Positions 28,571 through 40,397 of a DNA stretch of 64,000 nt are shown piece by piece; position 1 is the first letter of the stretch; every line of letters begins with the position of its first letter. The DNA is from the human T2T-CHM13v2.0 reference genome, Homo sapiens: the NCBI RefSeq assembly GCF_009914755.1, contig NC_060944.1; one strand, written 5' to 3'. The notes beneath the pieces were generated by a model, which did no database searches, was not told where the DNA came from, and saw nothing but the letters and a program-made list of their open reading frames with translations. The position numbers were made by a program, and so were the translations under genes.

Positions 28571-29493
28571 AATGAACATGATAATGACAATGATGAGAAA
28601 GGAGGATGAGGAGGAAGAGGAGGACAAGTATAAGGAGGAAGAGAAACAATAAGTTTCACCTGTCTGCTTCTGTTAATAGTGATCCCCATGTGCTTATCAT
28701 GGAAGGTAGGTAGTCTTCATGGTGGGAGGGAGCAGAGTTAGAAGGTGATTGGAGAATGCATTATAATTTGGAGAAAATCTTGGCCTATATAGAATTTGAA
28801 GAAGAGTTTACCTTTTGAGCTTGTGGGTGACACATTGCTTACCTCCTTGCTTCCAATAGGCATGTGAATGTTTTATTTATTCCCCCAAGACTGCAAGTGG
28901 ACTGATCTTGGGTCCATTTCCTTATCCTGGAAGTCATGCAAGTGATTACAGAGGATGGTGAGATGTGAAAGCGGAGGAGGCTGGGAAGACCTGGGGACAG
29001 TGCTCTGATACTGATAACGGGTCTTCTCCTCATCCAGATCTTAATCTTAGACAGTCTTGAGGCTAATTGGCTGTGTTCTAAATGCCATTCTGTTGATCCC
29101 AAACATTAGGGTGTACAAGGGGTCTGTCCCCACTGTTGGACCCCTCTCCAAGGGAATGATAGGGCTGGAGTTTAGGGGAAGCCAATCTAGCCATCAGAAG
29201 ACAACTAATCAAATGTGCTGAGCTCTGTGTTGGAGAGGAGTTATTGGATATTAATTACCAGAGGCCTCCTGACGCTGTGTTGGAGAATGCAAATCTAAGC
29301 CAAAAGCAAATGTCAACATGCTCATGGGTGCCTGTGATGGCTGGAGAGAGAGGTCCACCATATGAACAGAAGAGGGGCCTAGAGAAGGAGAGCCATGCAT
29401 GGGCAAGACCTTTAATGCTAGGGATTCTGACCCACGAGTAGATATGGCCTTATCATGTCTGCAAGCTCAGCAGTGAAATTAAGCAACTGTACT

Positions 29494-30090
<597 letters not shown>

Positions 30091-30900
30091 ATTCTTAAAT
30101 CAACTTTATATATATATATATGTAGAGAGAGACAGCGAGAGAGAGAGAGTAATATTTATATATCACATATAATGAAGGAAGGTTCTTGAACCTTTAAAAG
30201 ATGCTTATGCCAAACACACACATAACCATAGAACTTTCCTGGTAAAATGTTTTTACTTTTGCTAACACTACTTCCTTCTACCTTTTCAGCAACCCACATG
30301 GCCAACACACATGTGACTCACTGCAATGTTGCATGAACACAACACAATCAAATGACCATTTTTTTCTGGGCACTGTGAGTCTGTATTTGCCTCCCTAACA
30401 CTTGGCACAGTTTGACATTGCTTAGCAACGTGTTCCCCCTACTATCCTGGCTGTCATTGTTCTGACCCCAGCTTGAAGGGGTAGGCATTCCACCACCTGC
30501 CCCCACCTCCTGTCCAGCCTTCTGCCCATGCCACCAGGTCCTGGTCAGATGGCATCTCAGGAAAGGAAGAGATTTGTGTGGGATGGGCAGGTCTTCTTGA
30601 TCTCCTTTGAGGAAGCTGGGCTTTGGCTGGATTTTGAAATAGGTGTAGGATTAAGGCAAGTACAAATTCTACGAGAGGGTTAATCCTAATTTTGGAAATG
30701 GTAAGAAAGGACATAGTGGAAACAAGTCTAGGGAGACAGAGGATCCTTCTACAGATCTAGGGGGGAAAGTGTGGCTGGACTGGAAATCAACAGGCCGAGG
30801 GAAGGACAGGAGGGAAGCTAAAACCCTGAACATACCGGCCCCTCAACACAGCAGGAAATGGGGGAGAAGGGCATTCACCTATGTCCCAGGACTGAAATGA

Positions 30901-31275
<375 letters not shown>

Positions 31276-31453
31276 CCTAACTTCTTTTTATGCCGTGGAC
31301 TCCTCTAGAAGTCTGGGGAAGTAAACTGACTCTATTTCAGAATGATGTTTTCAATAAGACAGTATAGGAATACAAAGGAAAACAATTAGGTTGAAATACA
31401 GTTATGAAAGCATTTTTTAAAAATATGTTTGCTTCCCTGTTAACCCATTAAAT

Positions 31454-31723
31454 CAGTGCTTTTCAAACTATCTGTCGAAAAGGACGAATTTATTTTTCCA
31501 ATCCATCTTGGACTGACAACTTTTATAAAATAAAAATATGAAATAAAAAAGAATGGGAAATACAAATCCCATTATTCTCAGACCCAAAGTATATTAAATT
31601 ATTGTGTCAAATTGTTGTAAAAGTTTCTAAATCTTCCTCTCAATGCCTCTTCTTACTTGGTCATGAATCTGTAAGAGTTCATGGGCTGGCACCTCTTTGT
31701 GAACCATTCTCTGAGCAGCTCTC
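31454..31723. mobile_element. hAT-Charlie element (Charlie18a-like) nested in Charlie4a
   Basis: CAGTGCTTTTCAAACTATCTG start, GAGCAGCTCTC end; degenerate 8-bp TSD CATTAAAT/TATTCAAT. Confidence 0.65.
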
Positions 31724-34466
31724 TATTCAATACAAGACCTAGCTCTAGGTCTAATAATGACTCTAATTTTGAAGTCGTGGTTAACATAAACAATCTGTCA
31801 CTGACATGTGATATAAAAATATCTGTGAATTCCTTTGATGACAAAGTTACAGTTACTGCTAATTCCATTAAACTGTGTTAGCTACTTCCATAATAGAAGG
31901 AAATGCTAAAATTCAACCATAAATCCATAGAAATGAAGATGTAATTCTTTCCTGTCCAAGTCCACAGGCCCCCTAAAATTTTACTTCTAGACCCACATGG
32001 AGCTTTAGGTTAGGGGCCCCTGCCTTAGACAATGGAAGGGGCAGTGAAGACTAGAAAAGGAGGAAAATGACCCACACTATGGGGGAGGCTCTCCCCAAAA
32101 CTTCAGCCTTTTTGCATCTGGGGTCACAGATTTATAGGGTTAGCATGATGGTTCTGACCAGGGGAGGAAAAACCCTGCACATGGGGTAGCTTAGGCCCTG
32201 GCTTGAGGTAAGGGGGAGCTCAGCACATTCGAGCTGGATTCTATTGGAAACCAGAAGCCCAGGCAGGAAAGGTAAGATAAGTGGCAGCCACCGGGGCAGG
32301 CGGAGAAGCCGACAACCTGAACAAGGCTTGCCAGCTGTCTTGGCCCCTGCAGCTCAGAGAGACATGGTGGCCTGAGTTGCCTGTGGGGGGTCTAATGGAG
32401 ACCCCTATTATTTTCAGAATTGTATTTTTCACCATTATGCTCATCCAGGCTCAGAACCATCTCTCCTCACTCATGGACCCCATCATTGAAGGTTACCTTG
32501 TGCCAAACATGGAGGTAAACATGCATCTTCTAGTTCAATCCTAAAAGCCACCCTGTAGAATATGTGTTCTCATCATTCCCACTTTACAAGTAGGGAAGAG
32601 GTTGAAGAGCACACTGCTAACTGGACAGTAAGCAGCATTGCTGGGACTTCCATTGGGACCCTCTGAAGGCAGAGCATGAGAGGACTGTGCGCCCCTTACA
32701 TGCCAAATCCTCTGTTCACTCGGAGCACTGCAGGCAAGTTCTGCTAAGCACACTCAGGGGAATTAGATCTCCTGGTTGGGAAGTGCAAGGAAAAAAATAG
32801 CCCTTCCCTTTTGACATTTCTTGTATAGTCTGCATTTTACAACAGCACACATTTTGTTTTACTTTATTTAAGGAATACATATCTACATGATGCCAACAAC
32901 ATGAGATGGCTGGCTGCAGGATGGCTGGTGTTGGCATCCAGGTCCCCACTGGGCACTGGAATGTTTCCAAGGGCACCTAAGGGCTTGATGTAGTTCAAGA
33001 TTCTGCAATTGGGGCCAACAGTGCCTCCTAGAGGGCTTGGGGCTACACTGCTTTTCCCAGGGTCAGGCTTTGGCGGCAGTTGAGGTGGGTAGGGTTTTGT
33101 TTCACAGAAAATGGGGCAGCACCTGGAAGCAGCCACCACAAAGCCAGAGAACACCAGAGGCAACCAAGACTTAATTCATCCAGCAGGTTGGCAGGTAGCT
33201 CATGGGCTACCTTGATTAGCTACCATAAGTAAAGAGAAGAAAGAAATGCCCAAGGGCTGTCCCAGAGCCATGTTGGAGAGTGCTTTAGGACCTTGTCCTT
33301 CAGGCTTTCCTTGGGTCCTAAGGATCAAGGGACAAGGTTAAGGCTAAATATCCTCAGTCATCAAAACTGAGACAGTCACTGCCTGTGTGATGCTCACACT
33401 GTGTGATGCTCCACATTTGCAGGTGGGGACTGTTGAGAGGATCAAAGTGAAAGCATTTTGTCTTCATGGTTAGGTCTGATTATTATTGTCAATATATAAA
33501 GCACAGCCTGTTTTCTAGGCTCTGTCTCTTTCTTTTCTCACTGACTATCAGGAATAGGAATAGGCATGGTTGGTCCCTATAAAGGTTTACAGGTTCCTTA
33601 TTTTAAGGTACAGCAGTGGGAGCCCACATAGCTACAAAGGCTCAATTTCAAAGGAAGCTGCTGTCCACTCTCTGGGAAACCAGGGATTCTGTGGCAAAAA
33701 ATTCTTAAAATAAAAGCTGAGAGGTGAGATTATGGACAAAGAACAGGAACAAGACAAGGATACCTGTTTTCATCACTGCTATTTAATGTTGTACCAAAAG
33801 TCCTAGCCAGAGCAAGTATTCAAGAAAAAGAAAAAAAATAAAAGATAGACATATTGGAAAAGAATAAATAAAACTATTTTTATTCACAGATGACATGATC
33901 CTATTATAGAAAACTCCAAAGAATCTGCAAGAAAAAAAGCTACTAGAGGTAATAAGCAAATTCTGAAAAGTTGCAAGGTACAACTTGCAACACCCCAAAA
34001 TAATTTGTGTTTCAATAAACCAACAATGAACAATCTGGGAAGGAAATTAAGAAAGCAATACCACTTATAATAGTATCCAAAAGAATAAGATGCCTAAGAA
34101 TAAATTTAATCAAGGAGGTGAATGACCTGTACAATGAAAGCAATAAAACATTGCTGAAAGAAATCAAAGAAGACCTAAATATATGAAAAGACATCTTGTG
34201 TTCATGGATTGGAAAAGTTAATATTCTTTAGATGTCAATACTACCCAAAGATATGTACAGATTCAATGCAATCCCAATCAAAATCTCAATGGCCACTTTT
34301 TAAGAAATGAAAAAGTCAACAATCAAATTCATATGGAATTGCAAGAGGCTCTAAATAGCCAAAACAATCTTGAAATGGAAGAACAAAGTTGGAGGACTTA
34401 CACTTCTCAATTTTGAAACCTACTACAAAATCTACAGTGATTTTTTTTTTTTTTTAAGTGTGGTAC

Positions 34467-35972
34467 TGATAGCAGTGGTGGCCCACCTGGAGCGGCTGCT
34501 GGGAAGATGCTGGCTGCAAGAAAAGAGGCGTGGCCAGGGCTGCAGGCTCCACGGAGAGGGTGGGAGCCAGGAACAGGCCAGAGCCCTATCCCCTTCCAAG
34601 TTGGTGGCGTAGGAGCCCTGCCCTTCCGGGCACAGCTGCAACCGCCCAACCATGGCCGTGGACCTGGGCATCCCTCCACTCTCAGGGGCCCAGGAAGTCC
34701 CCCTCTGCCCCTACAGGCTTGGGAGTGCCTCTTTCCCCTGCTTGGCCTCTCCCTACTCCAGGCACCCACTCTGATTTCAAAGCAAAGTTGAGGCCGAGCC
34801 CAGGCACTGTCATGACCTGGCCGGGTGTGCATGCACTTGGGGCAGCACTAACATGCCAGACCCCTGCCACCTCAGCACCCTTCCGCCTCAGCCCCCTCTG
34901 AACTTTGGGTGGCCACAAGCACAAGAGTGAGGCCGAAGAGGGGTGCCAAGCGTGGCTCAATGCAGGCCTGCAGGCACTCCTCAGAACAAACAGCTCAGGC
35001 ACCGTGGATGGCATGATCAATGGCAGCAGGAGGCAGACAGACTCCTGAGCAGAAAGGGGCTGGTCCCCATGAAGCCCCGTCCTCAAGCCAGGGATGGCCT
35101 GAAATTTGAGGGGTGGGCTGTCAGTTCTGGGTGGAGTCCCAACCTGGAGAAGTTACGGTTTTTCTGGGCCCACCCATGGCTGCCCATGGACCAGTCAGCA
35201 CACACGTCCCCACTTCTGAAGCCCATAAACACCTCAAGACTCAGCCAGACTCACAGAGACATCGGGGATGACCAACTGTGGGCAGGAGATACCAATTCAG
35301 GTCTCCTGAGAGCTGTTCTGGTGCTCAGTGAAGTTCCTCTCTGCCTTGCTCACCCTCTAGTTGTCCTCGTACTTCATTCTTCCTCGACACAGGACAAGAA
35401 CTCAGTACCCACCAAATGGTGGGACTGAAAGAGCTGTAACACAACAGGGCTGAAACACGTCCCTCACTCACCACGTTCGTTGTGTACATTGAGAAGGAGA
35501 GAAGAGCTACAGCCCTTCTGGGAGCCCAAACCTAGGGGATCCCCAAGCCAGGGCTATGACACCTTCTTTGGGGCTCTGCAGTTCCTGGCATCTCCAAGCT
35601 TCTGGGAGCCACCACATTCCCTTCATCCAGATGAAGGTGCCCACGTGAAAGCCACATGTAGTACATCTGGTCCAGCTGCAGCCTTGTACAGAGCTGGCAC
35701 CTGTAGCTGCCTGCCCCACTGCAGCAGCTGGCATGCCTGGCTGTGTGCAGTGGCTGGACCCCGCGCTCGCTCCCTCACACACCCCTCGCCACTCTATGCC
35801 TAGCTTGTCCTTGGCAGGTGTGGGATCTGGGCTGGTAGCACAAGCTAAGCACAGTCTGCTGGGCCATGTGGGCAGAACAAGCCCAGCGGGCACGAGCAAT
35901 ACTCAGGCAGAAGGCCCCACTGGCCACAGAGGTTTCCAGCTGGTGAAATGACAACCCAAGGATCCCGTGACA
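34467..35972 (+). mobile_element. MER52A-like ERV1 solo LTR (1506 bp)
   Basis: TGATAGCAGTGGTGGCCCACCTGGAGCGGCTGC start, GATCCCGTGACA end (TG..CA), GC-rich; 4-bp TSD GTAC/GTAT. Confidence 0.9.
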
Positions 35973-36427
35973 GTATTGGCATAAGAATAAACATATAGAC
36001 CAATGAAATAGAACAGATAACCCAGATATTATATAAACCCTTGCATATACACTCAATTTTCAACAAGAATGCCAAGACCATTTATGGGGAAAAAGCAGTC
36101 TTTTCAACAAATGATGTTGGGAAAACTAGTATCCATATGCAAAAGAATGAAATTGGATCCTTACCTTATATAATACACAAAAATTAAATCAAAATGGAAA
36201 AAAGATATAAAGTTAAAGGCTAAAATGATAAAACTCTTAGAGGAATACACAGAGGTAAATCTTGGTGACCTTGGATTTGGCAATAGACACTTAGATCTGA
36301 CACAAAAAGCACAAGCAACAAAATAAAAAATAGTTGAATTGGACTTCATCAAAATTACAAACTTTTGCACATCAAAGAACATTATGAAAAAGTGAAAAGA
36401 CAACTATAGAATGGCAGAAAATATTTT

Positions 36428-36797
36428 ATTTTATTTTATTTTTTATTTTATTTTATTATTATTATACTTTAAGTTTTAGGGTACACGTGCACAATGTGCA
36501 GGTTTGTTACATATGTATACAGGTGCCATGTTGGTCTGCTGCACCCATTAACTCGTCATTTAGCATTAGGTATATCTCCTAATGCTATCCCTCCCCCCTC
36601 CCCCCACCCCACAACAGTCTCCGGAGTGTGATGTTCCCCTTCCTGTGTCCATGTGTTCTCATTGTTCAATTCCCACCTATGAGTGAGAACATGCAGTGTT
36701 TGGTTTTTTGTCCTTGCAATAGTTTGCTGAGAATGATGGTTTCCAGTTTCATCCATGTCCCTAGAAAGGACATGAACTCATAATTTTTTATGGCTGT
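36428..36797 (-). mobile_element. 5'-truncated young L1 (L1PA3-like), 370 bp
   Basis: 3'UTR with TTTAGCATTAGGTATATCTCCTAATG diagnostic; perfect 14-bp TSD GCAGAAAATATTTT at 36414-36427 and 36798-36811. Confidence 0.93.
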
Positions 36798-37759
36798 GCA
36801 GAAAATATTTTGCAAATTATATATCCAATGAAGGTCTAGTGTCCAGAATATATAAAGAATTCTTACAACTCAAGAACAAAAGAAAACAAACCAACTTAAA
36901 AATGGGCAAAGGACTTGAATAGACATTTTCCCAAAGAAGATATATGAATGTCCAAGAAACACATGAAAAGATGCTTAGCATAATTAGTTATTAGGGAAAT
37001 CCAAATCAAACCCTCAATGAGCTTTATATCCACTATGATGGCTATAATCAAAAAACAAAAAGTGGAACATGTACATTGTTAGTGGAAATTAAAAATGGTT
37101 GAACAACTGAGGAAAACAATTTGGTAATTCTTCAAAAAGTTAAACATAGAATTACCACATGACCCCACAATTACACTACTAGATATATACACCAAAATAC
37201 TGAAAACAGGTACTCCAACAAGTTCATGTACACACATATCCATGACAGCACAATAGCCGAAAGATGGAAACAGCACAAACCCCCATCAATAGATAAATAA
37301 ATAACAAGTTGATATATATACGTAAATGGAATATTATTCAGCCATAAAAAGGGATGAAGTATTGATATATGCTACAATGTGGATGAACCTCCAAAACATT
37401 ATGCTAAGTGTAAGAAGTCAGGCACGTAAGATCACATATTGCATGATTCCATTCATATGAAATATCCAGAAGAGATAAACTCATAGAGACAGGACACAAA
37501 TTAGTGGATTTTGGGGACCATAGGGAGGAAATCATGGGGAGAAACAACTTATTGGGTAAGAGGTTTTACTTTGGAGTGATGGAAATGTTTCAAACTAGGC
37601 AAAGGTGGTAGTTGCATAATATCATGAATAAACTAACTGCCGCTAAATTGTTCACTTTAAAATGGTTAATTTTATGCTGTATAAATTTCACCTCAATAAA
37701 TTATCTTAAAACAGAAAAAGCAAGAGCTAAGGATTTGGGATTGTTGAACCATTGCCTCC

Positions 37760-38066
37760 TGTGGTGTAGTATATAATACGTAACAATTTTTTAATCCACA
37801 AAACAATACCTAGTGGCAGGTCAGAGAACTTCCCTGATTTTAAAATAGTGATGAGCATAAACAATATTTTGGGACAGCTGTAAGAACCATAATACAATGA
37901 AGGACCTGTAATTTCTACTGGTAGCAAAGTCACAGGTACTGTTAACAGTTGCTTACGTTCACACTAAAAGGAAACACTGAATCTTAAATTATAGGTTAAT
38001 GGAAATTAAAATTGAGAAAAAATTTTTTATTTTCCTAGATTATGAGCCTCTAGGCTAGAAACCCTT
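37760..38066 (+). mobile_element. Charlie4a-like fragment
   Basis: CTAGTGGCAGGTC...GTGATGAGCATAAACAATATTT...CAAAGTCACAGGTACTG, homologous to 31735-32022. Confidence 0.75.
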
Positions 38067-38160
38067 GTTCTAGGGTGGTAAAAATTGGACAAAGATGACA
38101 GGAACTCACTACAGGTAACTGTAGTAACTGCTGTTCCCAACTGGGACTGACCTCTTAAAT

Positions 38161-38384
38161 CAGGGGTCAGTGAACTACAGTCCCCAGGCCAAATCCAGCC
38201 CACCAGCTATTTTTTCAAATAACATGGTTTTGGAATGCAGCTGTGCCTTCTGATTTACATATTGTCCATGACTACTTTCACACTCTAACAGCACAGTTGA
38301 GTAGTTGAAACAGAAACCATATGGCCTACAAACCTAAAATATTTACTATCTGGTTCTTTCAGAAAATACGGTTGCTGATCCCTG
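38161..38384 (+). mobile_element. MER58A (hAT-Charlie)
   Basis: TIRs CAGGGGTCAG / CTGATCCCTG; GAGTTGAGTAGTTG-like and AAAATATTTACTATCTGG motifs. Confidence 0.92.
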
Positions 38385-38569
38385 CCTTCAAGGAATGCTG
38401 GCCAGTTTTCTGGAGACTCCCAGCCTCTCAGCTGAGACCACAGGTAGTTGGTCAGACTCTATACTGCAGGAGGTACCCTGTGCACATGAGTAAGTAGCTT
38501 TGACATCTAATATGCCTCTAATTGGAAATGGCAAATGTTCACTAATACAAAAAAATTAAAATTAAAAAT

Positions 38570-38940
38570 TTATCTTTCACAAGCCCAAGCAAAACAGAGT
38601 AAATGTACTCCAATGTGTCCCTGCCACTAAGTACAACTGTCAAACCTAGACAGAATTCTTGGAGCAACTATTTGAGGACTCTGAAAAGCAAATAGCAGCA
38701 GGCAGATGGGGAAGATCAGTATTTGAGGTGTGCATTAGTGCCAACAGAGAGAGATCCAGGAAAAATCTCCTAGTTCTTGATAAAGGAGTGGGACATATCT
38801 CCCAATGCTTAGACAGAGTAGGGAAATTCCTTGCTGTTATTGTTTCTTTTCTCCATTCTCTCACACCCAATAATCTAATTGTGGTGGTGGCCATGACAAT
38901 AATGGCAGTGGGGCTGCAAAGGAACCTAAAACTCTAAGGA
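38570..38940 (+). mobile_element. Probable old L1M 5' region fragment
   Basis: GCAACTATTTGAGGACTCTGAAAAG...GCAGGCAGATGGG resembles recalled L1MC/MD 5' ends. Confidence 0.4.
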
Positions 38941-38944
38941 AGCG

Positions 38945-38980
38945 TGTACTAGAGTTCTTCAGAGACACCGAACCAATAAG

Positions 38981-39039
<59 letters not shown>

Positions 39040-39280
39040 GATTTATTATAGGAATTGATTCATGTGGTTATGGAGGCTGTCCTCTGATACATCATCTGCA
39101 AGCCGGAGAACCAGAAAAGCCAGAAGTGTAATTCAGTCTGTGTCCTCAGGCCTGAGAACCAGGGGGAACTGACAGTGTAACTCCCAATCTGAGATCCAAA
39201 ACCTGAGAACCAGGGGGCTTGGGATGAGTTGCTGGTGGTAAGTCCCAGATTCCAACCCAAGAACTAAAAGCTCTGACACT
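38945..39280 (-). mobile_element. MLT2 (MLT2B-like) ERVL LTR fragment
   Basis: TGTACTAGAGTTCTTCAGAGACACCGAACCAATA...ATTTATTATAGGAATTG...GGCCTGAGAACCAGGGG. Confidence 0.88.
38981..39036. repeat. Perfect (AGAT)14 tetranucleotide STR
   Basis: Counted directly. Confidence 0.97.
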
Positions 39281-39289
39281 TGGGCTTAG

Positions 39290-39560
39290 ACCTGCTATGA
39301 TAGGATTAACGTCACTATAAGAGGAAGAAACACCATGTTTCTTCTCCATGTGAGAATACAGCAAGAAGGCAGCCAGAAATACTGCCAGAAATATGGCAAG
39401 AGGGCAGTCAAAAGGCAAGCCACAGAAGGCCCTCACCAGGACCTGACCATGCTGGCACCCTGGTCTTGGACTTCCAATCCTTTAGAATTATGAGAAGTAA
39501 ATGTGTTTAGGTCACCCAGTGTATGGCACTTTGTTCTAGCATCCCAAGCTGATGAAGGCA
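39290..39560 (+). mobile_element. MaLR LTR 3' part (MLT1A/MST-like)
   Basis: CCATGTGAGAATACAGCAAGAAGGCAGCC...CCATGCTGGCACCCTGGTCTTGGACTTCC. Confidence 0.85.
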
Positions 39561-39563
39561 AGG

Positions 39564-40375
39564 CATTTCACCAAAAAGGATATAAAGATTATCAAAAACC
39601 ACATGAAAACATATTCAGCAGCATCAGTCATTGGTGTAATGCTAAATAAAACCACAATGAGATGCTACACACTTGTTATAATGTCTCCAATAAAAAATAC
39701 TAACAACAACAAGTGTTGATGAGAATGTGGAGAAATTGGAACCTCATATGGGACAGCCACTCTGAAAAACAGTGTAGCATCTTCTTATAAAGTTAAACAT
39801 ACACTTACGATGTGATCCAGCAATCCCATTTGTAGGCATTTACTCTAGTGAAGTAAAAATTTATGTTCACACCAAAATCTGTATGGGAAGGTTTGAATCA
39901 GAGCTATATTCATAACTGCTAAAAATTGACAACAATCCAAATGTCTTTCAGTGGGTGAATGGATAAACAAACTGTGCTACGTCAATCAATGGAATACTAC
40001 CTAGCAATTAAAAGGAACAAACAATTGATACATGCAACAATTTGAATGATTTTCAAAGGCATTTTGTTGAGTGAGAGAAGTCAGTTTTAAAAGGTTACAT
40101 ATTGTATAATTTTTAATTATGTGACATTCTTGAAGAGCTAAACATTAAAGTAACAGCATAGTTCAGTGGTTGTCAGGGGTTGACAGGGAGTCAGGTGTTA
40201 CATCAATAGAATAGAAGGAGGGAGGTTTTTTGGTTTTTGTTTTTTTAAGTCATGCAAATGTCTGTATTCTGTTTGTTGTGGTAGTGGCAAGAATCTATAT
40301 ATGTATTAAGATTGACATTGCTTCTGAATCCCAAAAAGTCAATTTTAGTCTACGTTAATTAAAAAAATAAAATGT
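39564..40375 (+). mobile_element. L1MD-like 3' end
   Basis: GAGAATGTGGAGAAATTGGAAC...GGATAAACAAACTGTG...AAAGTCAATTTT. Confidence 0.82.
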
Positions 40376-40397
40376 TAGTCTCCCTAGAAGTAATGTT

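Larger units (their letters stand above)
33741..37710 (+). mobile_element. L1MB (L1MB5-like) ORF2 3' half and 3'UTR, interrupted by MER52A and L1PA3
   Basis: TTCACAGATGACATGATC (F.DD) at ~33884; 3' end TTCACTTTAAAATGGTTAATTTTATG...CACCTCAATAAA. Confidence 0.9.

Noticed and set aside
28836-28850. Strong minus-strand donor GAG|GTAAGC with upstream 87-aa ORF
   Set aside because: No convincing acceptor partner and no recognisable peptide
33383-33411. 13-bp direct repeat CTGTGTGATGCTC (similar 12-bp tandem at 55584-55607)
   Set aside because: Only two copies; ordinary slippage duplications
34370-36081. Dense cluster of 80-161 aa ORFs on both strands, CpG-island-like
   Set aside because: Explained by the GC-rich, stop-poor MER52A LTR
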